From a virus, in IMG/VR virus record IMGVR_UViG_3300027971_000031, positions 1 to 64,000 of that record: 64,000 nt of DNA; one strand, 5' to 3'. Under the pieces are notes generated by a model, which was given only the letters and a program-made list of their open reading frames with translations, ran no database searches and was not told the DNA's origin. This document shows positions 56,754 through 64,000 of the stretch, piece after piece; positions within the stretch are counted from its first letter, which is position 1; the number at the start of each line of letters is the position of its first letter. The translations under genes and the position numbers were made by a program.

Positions 56754-56956
56754 TATTTTCTAGATTGAAACTCTTTAAGAGTATTGTTATATAGTTCTTC
56801 AAGTTTATCCAAATACATTGTTAAATTAATAATGTTTTCTTTGGTCAACTCAAAATCAGTGGTTAAAATATCCATAGCCTCAATTAATTTTGAATTAGGT
56901 TGTTCTTTCAAATTATTTTGTAAATTTACAATATTTTCAAATTCTTCTTTTTTCAT
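56753..56956 (-). CDS. hypothetical protein
   Basis: ORF track. Confidence 0.55.
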   Translation of the reverse strand: MKKEEFENIVNLQNNLKEQPNSKLIEAMDILTTDFELTKENIINLTMYLDKLEELYNNTLKEFQSRK

Positions 56957-56957
56957 A

Positions 56958-59060
56958 TTATTTTGGTTTTATCCAATTTTTAACAAGCATTCCGTCAGAT
57001 GTTACTCCAAATGAGTCAGCAGTTCCATTTTCTGCCTGTTCTTTATCCGCCCCTTTGTTTGCCGATAAGTTAAATAATAACATTACATTTGGTGAACCAT
57101 CAGGTAAAGTACCTGTCGGTATTCCAAGTTTTTGTAATTGTTCTATTGTATTAATAGTTGACCTTTCAGGTGATGTTCCCGGTAAAAACTCTGTTAATAG
57201 TAACAATGCGTTTGGTATTTTTGAACCTGGAGGTGCTAAACTATTTAATAAATTTAGTATTTTTAAAATTTCATCAACTAAAGATTTACATTTTCGATAA
57301 TCATTAACCCCCCTTGCAACTTGTTGAAGAATTAATGCAATATTAACTAATCTTTGAACTGTTAAATATTTTTTCTCTAATCTTCCTTTTGCAATATCTG
57401 TAATAACAGGTTTTAAAAGATTAATTAAATCTTTTTTTAATATTTGAAAAAGTTGTTCTATAAAAATTGAACCAACTCTTGATGTTACTTGGATGTTAAA
57501 AGTTTTGAATGTTTTGGCAAAATCAACTTGATTATTAATGATATTATTAACGATACCATTAATTGTGTTTGCGCTTTGAGTATATGTGTTTGCGGATGTA
57601 ACCGCTTGGTTATAAACATTCGTACCTTGACTTTCAAGTACTTGTAATAAAACAAAAATTGGAAATAAAACTTTTGGACTTAAAATTGAACCAGCAACTG
57701 CCAATGGGATTTGGTTAATAAATTCTTGATTTAAAATTTGACCATCAAAATTTGTTGGTAAAAAAACTTTCCAATCGGGATTTTCAACTAATGTGTTAGT
57801 AATATCAATAATATTTTGAACTTGTTCTTCGGTTGACAAATCTTCTTTATCTCGAAACCCAATTAATTCATCAATTATTGTTTCATAATCAACGGGTACT
57901 TGTACATTATCGCAATCAACAAGTTCTATAATACCATTTTGGATATTATTTATTCTTATGTCAATATTTCTTAAATCGACTTCTGTTGTTTCAAAAAATG
58001 TTTCATCAACACCATCTAACTCTGCAATTTTTGAAATCCCACTAACATCTATTTCTTTTCTTGAATCAAAACAAAGACCTAATATTCTTTGAAGAAAGAT
58101 TAAAAACTTTGTTTGTTCTGTAATCTCTTCGCTACCCAAGTTTGCTTTAATATCAATTGCACCTGAAACAATATTCATTAGTGTTGCGGTAAAATCGACA
58201 GTATCTATTAATTTAATTGTACCGTAATAATCTTGTAATAAATCTATTACTTTATTTACGGTACCTCCAGTTACTGTTGATGTCGCATTTACTTTTGATA
58301 TTAATGCGACTCTATAACATGCTTGGTCAACCCCAAATTGGTTTGTTGGACTATATTGAAAATCAAATAAATCTTGACCTGAAACACCTTGATAATATTT
58401 ACCATATTCACCCTTATATGATTTTGAAAAATTTGAACCGGTTAATCTTTGATTAAATTCTTTATTCATTGGAAATGGTCTTATACCTCCATAAGGTAAG
58501 AAATTACCCGTTTGTACGTTAGGTGTTTGTTTTTCATATATTACTTTACCAACTCTTGAAGTTGTGGATATTTTTAATATACTAGCAATATCCATAGATT
58601 GAATGGGTACGTATATTCCTTGTCCCACAGGTAAAGTTTCTAAAGGATTAGCATCTAAATCTGTGGAAGTAAAAGCTTGAAATGTTTGTTCTTGTGAACA
58701 ACCTAATGCCTTTAACGCTTCTTCACTAATAATTTTTTTAATATCTGGCTCAATTTTAGTTACAGTTTCTAATAATTTTTTCTTAAGATATCTTGAAGTT
58801 TCTGAACCAGAGCCACTTGATAATTTTAACAATTCAAATAATTGGTTAAATGTCGTTGGTTGATTTCTTAAATATCGTTTTTGTTGGTCAGCAACTTTAT
58901 TTAATTGTGATGCAACATCTGGTATTGCTGGTGATTGTGAATTTCCAGCACTACTTTTTAATTTTTTTGCAGATTTAGAAACCTCAGTATAATTTTTAAT
59001 TGAACTGATTTTACTTTGGGAAGAATCGTATCCTTCCGTTAAATCAACAATTGTTCCCAT
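56958..59060 (-). CDS. hypothetical structural protein
   Basis: 700-aa ORF in late operon. Confidence 0.55.
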   Translation of the reverse strand: MGTIVDLTEGYDSSQSKISSIKNYTEVSKSAKKLKSSAGNSQSPAIPDVASQLNKVADQQKRYLRNQPTTFNQLFELLKLSSGSGSETSRYLKKKLLETVTKIEPDIKKIISEEALKALGCSQEQTFQAFTSTDLDANPLETLPVGQGIYVPIQSMDIASILKISTTSRVGKVIYEKQTPNVQTGNFLPYGGIRPFPMNKEFNQRLTGSNFSKSYKGEYGKYYQGVSGQDLFDFQYSPTNQFGVDQACYRVALISKVNATSTVTGGTVNKVIDLLQDYYGTIKLIDTVDFTATLMNIVSGAIDIKANLGSEEITEQTKFLIFLQRILGLCFDSRKEIDVSGISKIAELDGVDETFFETTEVDLRNIDIRINNIQNGIIELVDCDNVQVPVDYETIIDELIGFRDKEDLSTEEQVQNIIDITNTLVENPDWKVFLPTNFDGQILNQEFINQIPLAVAGSILSPKVLFPIFVLLQVLESQGTNVYNQAVTSANTYTQSANTINGIVNNIINNQVDFAKTFKTFNIQVTSRVGSIFIEQLFQILKKDLINLLKPVITDIAKGRLEKKYLTVQRLVNIALILQQVARGVNDYRKCKSLVDEILKILNLLNSLAPPGSKIPNALLLLTEFLPGTSPERSTINTIEQLQKLGIPTGTLPDGSPNVMLLFNLSANKGADKEQAENGTADSFGVTSDGMLVKNWIKPK

Positions 59061-59061
59061 A

Positions 59062-59430
59062 TTATTTCATTTTGTACGATTGTTCATCGTTAGAAACATC
59101 TTTGTCAATTAGATTTTGAATTAAGTCATCATCCAAATCCGCAAGCGAAAATGATTCGGTATTGTTATTATTTGATTTTTCCCAAATACCCGATTGTAAT
59201 TTGGATAAACTAATTTTTTTCTCAACACAATCATTAACAATTTTTTGTTGTTTTTCAATAACGGGTCCAATTGTAGTCATGTCTTCAGGGTCTTTTAACA
59301 TTGTTAACATTTTATTTTGAATCCTTATTGCGGTCTGTCTTTGTTCTACAAGTTCATTATATATTTCTTGCATTAAAGATAATATTGAATCTTTAGTAAA
59401 ATTAATTTCTTTACGTTGTGGTCTTGGCAT
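59062..59430 (-). CDS. hypothetical protein
   Basis: ORF track; late-type motif upstream. Confidence 0.55.
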   Translation of the reverse strand: MPRPQRKEINFTKDSILSLMQEIYNELVEQRQTAIRIQNKMLTMLKDPEDMTTIGPVIEKQQKIVNDCVEKKISLSKLQSGIWEKSNNNNTESFSLADLDDDLIQNLIDKDVSNDEQSYKMK

Positions 59431-59445
59431 ATCTATAAATACTTT

Positions 59446-60195
59446 TTAATCAGTTTTCATTTTTGAATGAATCAAAATATATAATTTTTTAAATCTTTTG
59501 ATTGAACTTCTAATTTCTTTTGTACTAAGATTTGTCATTTCCCTTAAAGATAAAAGGATAACATTTTTATTAAATTTGTTATTATCTGCTCCTGAAAATA
59601 TTGATTCATAATTTTCAAATAAATCTATTAAAGCATAACCTAATTTTCTTTCATTGTCGTTTAAATTTTCATTTTCAATAAAATCTCGTAGTTCACTTAA
59701 ATATTTTGAAATAATTACGGTAGTATCAATCTCTTCCTCATCAATACGATACATCATGTCAGGTCTTTCTTCGATACTTTGAGACATATCCTCATAAGAA
59801 ACTTTTCGATTAGTTTCCTTTTGGTCTTTAATGATTTGACCCATTAAATAATTTTTACAGATAGTTCCAAAATATGAATAAGCCTTTTTTTCTTTTGCAG
59901 GTTTAAATTTATCAACCTTTGTCATTAAAAAAGAATGTGTGTCGCAATGAATTTCAACAAAATCCATATCTTTACGATATAATTTATATCGTCGTATGAT
60001 TGATGAAATCATCTTATCTAAAGGCCCTCGTAAATATTCGTTATATATTTTGTTTTTTTCTTCAGAAGTTTCAGCTAGTAAAAAACTCCTAACAGCATCT
60101 TCCTCTCTAACATCAAAATAATTTACATTTACCGTTTTTCTACCTCTTTTTTTGGATGAAACATCTTCTGTTGTTGCAGATAGAGTTTCTAACAT
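59446..60195 (-). CDS. putative phage sigma factor (gp55-like late sigma)
   Basis: VDKFKPAKEKKAYSYFGTICKNYL resembles sigma region 2. Confidence 0.6.
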   Translation of the reverse strand: MLETLSATTEDVSSKKRGRKTVNVNYFDVREEDAVRSFLLAETSEEKNKIYNEYLRGPLDKMISSIIRRYKLYRKDMDFVEIHCDTHSFLMTKVDKFKPAKEKKAYSYFGTICKNYLMGQIIKDQKETNRKVSYEDMSQSIEERPDMMYRIDEEEIDTTVIISKYLSELRDFIENENLNDNERKLGYALIDLFENYESIFSGADNNKFNKNVILLSLREMTNLSTKEIRSSIKRFKKLYILIHSKMKTD

Positions 60196-61034
60196 TATAC
60201 ATTTTCAGATTGATATTTTATGTTTCTATCTTCAATAAAGAAAAATTCTTTTTTTGCTGTTTGAATCCAAAACTTAACCTCATCTTCAATCATTTTTTCT
60301 TCACCAAATTTATAATTCCAAAAAATAGAACCTTCTCTTAAATTGGTATGTTTGTAACCAAGTTTTGGTATTGTCATAATAGATACAGAGTTATAAGTTA
60401 ATCTCAATAAAAACTCATAAATGAATGTTAATTTAATTGATGGTTTAAACCCTCCAAAATCTTCAATAACTGATTTTTTAATTACAGAACCTGCAGTTTG
60501 AAAGTTTTGATAATCTTGTAATGTTTCATTTGTTAAAAATCCCATTTCTTGAGTGAAATTTGCAGCAAAGGTTGCTTCATTTGTAAATCCTGCAAATATT
60601 CCTTTTTCGTCAGTTTCAACTACAACTGGTAAGAATATTTGTGCCTTTGGGTATGCGTCGATATACTTCGCAACATTTTTAAACCAAATAGATGAATATT
60701 CATCATCAAATTCAAATAACGATATCCAAGAACCTTTTGAGTTTTTAACACCATAATTAACTTGTTCACAATAATTAGGGTCTTTATCCCATAATAATTT
60801 TGTGACGTTTAAATCTCCAAAATCATAACCGTTTAAATATTCAACTAAAGATTCTTCTGAAGTGTGAACGATTAATAATTCTTCAATTCCAACTGTTTGT
60901 GAATTGATTGATGCAATTGCTTTTTCAAAATACTCATCAAAATTTCTTGCTTTTGATGATTTAATTGGTAATATAACTGATATTGGTAATGTAGTATTCA
61001 TATTATTCTTCGGTTTTAGAAATTTGTTCTTCAA
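60195..61034 (-). CDS. glycosyltransferase, GT2-like
   Basis: ISVILPI...SINSQT...NYGV...FEFDDEY. Confidence 0.75.
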   Translation of the reverse strand: MKNKFLKPKNNMNTTLPISVILPIKSSKARNFDEYFEKAIASINSQTVGIEELLIVHTSEESLVEYLNGYDFGDLNVTKLLWDKDPNYCEQVNYGVKNSKGSWISLFEFDDEYSSIWFKNVAKYIDAYPKAQIFLPVVVETDEKGIFAGFTNEATFAANFTQEMGFLTNETLQDYQNFQTAGSVIKKSVIEDFGGFKPSIKLTFIYEFLLRLTYNSVSIMTIPKLGYKHTNLREGSIFWNYKFGEEKMIEDEVKFWIQTAKKEFFFIEDRNIKYQSENV

Positions 61035-62055
61035 ATGAATTTGCCCTTACGTTTAAATAGTCACCAAATAAAGTTGTAACGTTAGTATCAAATTCTTGTT
61101 TATTAGTATAGTTTTCAACAGTTTTTTTCATACTGTCATAAAGTTCAGGTTTGATATTATCTTCTAACCAATTTTGTATAAAATCAGCAATAAAATCACA
61201 CATTAATGTTGGATTAGTAACCCAAACACCATTATTCTCATTCATCCATTCAGGTTGAATGTATGGTACTTTACCAATCACAGGTACTCCTGATGCCATA
61301 GATTCCAATGGGAATGTGCCAAATCCACTTTGTTCATCCATCCAAACACTAACAAAACATTCTCTTAATGAATTTCCAAATTCTATTTCAGAAAGACCTC
61401 TTAAATCTCTAAATGTAAACCATCTATATTGAGGAAATTTTAAGTAAAACGTTTTAATAATATTAATTGTGTCTGATTGTTCTTTAGTATGTACACCAAT
61501 GATAGGCATTGGTGGTAAATTTTTTGGATAAAAATTTTCAGTAATTAAAGGTTTTAATATATCAAAACTACATTGTCTCATTACAGATTCAATATATTCT
61601 TGTTGTTTTTGAGTTGTAGTAATACATTTTAAAAATCCGTATTGAGACCAACTCTGACCTGGTTGTAATGTTTCAACAATGTGAGAATAATTTTGAGTCA
61701 ATACAATTTTACCACAAGGTAAATTTTTAATTTGTTCCATAATGTACCCAAAAAGTTCTGGAATTACAATAAAATCTTCAGGTGAAATTTCTAAATTTTG
61801 ACCTTCAATTGATTGATGTCGGATTGACATATATTCTTCATCCATCCAAGCAACTACACCTGCGTAGTCATTTTTTTCGTGAAGAATAATAGGATTAAAT
61901 CCTGAATCTAAAAGAGTTTTAGCCATTTGATAGATTAATCTAACAGATGCTTTTGCATTCCCTTTAGTGTCTTGAACTAAGAAATAAATTCTTGATTTTT
62001 TATCTCTTAAATTTTTAATTGATTCTGTTACTTTTTCGTTTAACGATGCGTCCAT
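61003..62055 (-). CDS. glycosyltransferase, GT-B/GT4-like
   Basis: GFGTFPLESMASGVPVIG. Confidence 0.75.
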   Translation of the reverse strand: MDASLNEKVTESIKNLRDKKSRIYFLVQDTKGNAKASVRLIYQMAKTLLDSGFNPIILHEKNDYAGVVAWMDEEYMSIRHQSIEGQNLEISPEDFIVIPELFGYIMEQIKNLPCGKIVLTQNYSHIVETLQPGQSWSQYGFLKCITTTQKQQEYIESVMRQCSFDILKPLITENFYPKNLPPMPIIGVHTKEQSDTINIIKTFYLKFPQYRWFTFRDLRGLSEIEFGNSLRECFVSVWMDEQSGFGTFPLESMASGVPVIGKVPYIQPEWMNENNGVWVTNPTLMCDFIADFIQNWLEDNIKPELYDSMKKTVENYTNKQEFDTNVTTLFGDYLNVRANSFEEQISKTEE

Positions 62056-62056
62056 A

Positions 62057-62350
62057 TTAATAGTGATTTATAAGTTTTTTATTTAATAAGCTATTGAACG
62101 ATAATCTAAATGGTATACTAGTATTGTTACTTGATTTCATACCTAATTTTTCGTCAATTTCTTCATGTTCTGTTAAAATGGTATCCATTAACATTTTTAC
62201 CATTTCAAATTTTATTATATTTACTTTCATGTCTGTTGAACCTGAAAATTCATCATCTTCAATATCTTCAACAGGTTTAATTGACATGTCTAAATATTCT
62301 TCGATTTTATCTAAATCAAAATAGTAATTTTCTCCTAATACCTTAATCAT
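62057..62350 (-). CDS. hypothetical protein
   Basis: ORF track. Confidence 0.55.
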   Translation of the reverse strand: MIKVLGENYYFDLDKIEEYLDMSIKPVEDIEDDEFSGSTDMKVNIIKFEMVKMLMDTILTEHEEIDEKLGMKSSNNTSIPFRLSFNSLLNKKLINHY

Positions 62351-62939
62351 ATAGTTCTGTTATTTTTGTTTTTAAATCCTTTAGGGTTGTTATTGTATGT
62401 TCAACATTAATATTTTGGTTATATAATGTTTTATATTTTATAACGGTTTTACCTTTTGGGTGATTTAATAATAGTGTGGGATTTGCTGTAAGTAAAACAT
62501 CTATTGAATCCCAAAGTGAATTAATTGTTGATTCACTATAAAATTTAACAGTTTCAACTAAACAACCAAATTTTGAAATGAAAAATAAAGACGCTGGCTT
62601 TGATTTACCCATTTCATCAGAAACAATTAAAATATCATGAAAATCTCTCATATCTAAATAAAACTCATTAAAATCCATCATACTAGAATGTTCAACTGAA
62701 CCCGCATGACCAAAGATTTCCATAGTATGTTCTTTATATAAAAAATTATATAATTCGTCTTCATCTTTAAATTTAAGATGTTTTGATATATCTAAAGTTG
62801 TTAAATCTGAAATTACTTGATATTCGGATTTTTCTTCATCTTCTTTAAAAGGATTCTCAAGATACCATTTTTCGTACTCTTGTTGTATTTTTTTTAAAGT
62901 ATCTCTTAATACTCCATTTAATTCTATTGCAATTTTCAT
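62343..62939 (-). CDS. HAD-fold 5'(3')-nucleotidase-like protein with degenerate active site
   Basis: MKIAIELNGVLRD in place of the canonical DxDGV. Confidence 0.55.
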   Translation of the reverse strand: MKIAIELNGVLRDTLKKIQQEYEKWYLENPFKEDEEKSEYQVISDLTTLDISKHLKFKDEDELYNFLYKEHTMEIFGHAGSVEHSSMMDFNEFYLDMRDFHDILIVSDEMGKSKPASLFFISKFGCLVETVKFYSESTINSLWDSIDVLLTANPTLLLNHPKGKTVIKYKTLYNQNINVEHTITTLKDLKTKITELYD

Positions 62940-63685
62940 TCTGTCTCGTTATCATATTTGTCTAAAATCTTACTAATCAAAGGATTTCTAACAATGTCTT
63001 TTTTATCTTTAAATTCAAAAGTTGAAATGTGATTAGAGTCTCTAAACTTTTCAATAGCATCCCATAACCCACTGTGTGTTTTGTTTTTATATCTATCAGA
63101 TTGTTCAACATCTCCTGAAATAAAAAACTTACTATTAAATCCAATCCTTGTTAATAAAAGTTTCATCTGACTTGGTGTTGCATTTTGACCTTCTTCAAAT
63201 ATTAATATTGAATTGTCAATATTCATACCTCTCATAAACGCCAAAGCAAAAACTTCAATAACTTCAAGTTCTTTTAATTTTTCCCTCATTTCTTTTCCAA
63301 TAATTTTATTTAATAGATAGTATGATGGAAAAATATATGGGTCTAATTTTTCTTCTACGTTACCAGGTAAACTACCTAATTTTTCTTCAGCTTCAACCGC
63401 AGGTCTTACAATAATAATTTTTTCGTAAGGTGTACTTGGGTCTGATAATAAATCAACTGCCGCTTTCATTGTAATATAACTTTTACCTACACCCGCAGGT
63501 CCTGAACAAATAGTTACCTCACTTGAGGTTAAAACGTCATAATAATTTTTTTGGGTTTGTGTTAAAAATTTTTCTTTTGTTTTTCTTTTTATAATTGAAC
63601 ATATAATTTCTTTTTTTGTTCTTGTACTTTTTTCGTCTGTTAATGGTGTTGGTGTTGGTAATTTTCTACTTGCTTTTGTTGCCAT
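62936..63685 (-). CDS. phoH: PhoH-family ATPase
   Basis: GPAGVGKS, RPAVEAEEKLGSLPG, AFMRG, EEGQN, LLTRIG, GDVEQSD, VRNPL. Confidence 0.95.
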   Translation of the reverse strand: MATKASRKLPTPTPLTDEKSTRTKKEIICSIIKRKTKEKFLTQTQKNYYDVLTSSEVTICSGPAGVGKSYITMKAAVDLLSDPSTPYEKIIIVRPAVEAEEKLGSLPGNVEEKLDPYIFPSYYLLNKIIGKEMREKLKELEVIEVFALAFMRGMNIDNSILIFEEGQNATPSQMKLLLTRIGFNSKFFISGDVEQSDRYKNKTHSGLWDAIEKFRDSNHISTFEFKDKKDIVRNPLISKILDKYDNETE

Positions 63686-63729
63686 TATTTAATATTATTG
63701 TAATAGTTTATTTAAATTTATTTTTTATA

Positions 63730-64000
63730 TTAATATTTTAATAGGATATCACAAACTCTATCAATATCTTCTTTTGTCATTTTATCATGATTTGGAACAT
63801 ATATTCCTCTTTCATCTATAATTGTACATTTAGGTAATTTATTTTCTCCGTATAATTTTTTGTAAAATGGTTGAGTTCCCATTGAACCTGAAATTAATGG
63901 TCGACATACAATGTTGTTCTCATTCAATTCTTTTATTAGTTTTTCTTTATCCTCAATAGTTTTGGTAATAAACGGAATTGCAAAATTTGAAGTATAACTA
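63730..64000 (-). CDS. DegT/DnrJ/EryC1/StrS aminotransferase, C-terminal part (start outside window)
   Basis: SNFAIPF...ENNIVCRPLISG...GIYVPNH...DIDRVC. Confidence 0.75.
   Translation of the reverse strand, partial: SYTSNFAIPFITKTIEDKEKLIKELNENNIVCRPLISGSMGTQPFYKKLYGENKLPKCTIIDERGIYVPNHDKMTKEDIDRVCDILLKY

Noticed and set aside
1-64000. Stop-codon reassignment as seen in some jumbo phages
   Set aside because: Core genes are uninterrupted in the standard code, TAG and TGA both end genes, and no suppressor tRNA was seen.

Overview
This is a 64-kb segment of a large, AT-rich, T4-like jumbo phage. The host is very probably Bacteroidetes, judging by TAnnTTTG promoters, DUF4494 and a phage bS21. 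It contains the head module (terminase, portal, bS21, prohead protease, scaffold, major capsid), a gp55-like sigma factor, ClpP, an N-terminally truncated ClpC-type ATPase, tmRNA, auxiliary genes (mgsA, rfbC, phoH, Dps-like) and 26 tRNAs covering all 20 amino acids. The tRNAs are interleaved with anticodon-less tRNA mimics and several unassigned structured RNAs. The main finding is that each of the two tRNA blocks is preceded by an unannotated short leader ORF (15584-15667, 18552-18653). Each ORF's 3' end carries an anti-terminator complementary to a downstream intrinsic terminator, and its central codons specify exactly the amino acids of the tRNAs in the block downstream. This looks like a ribosome-stalling attenuator that switches on phage tRNA arrays when the matching host tRNAs are depleted or cleaved. 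All calls were made by eye, without database searches.
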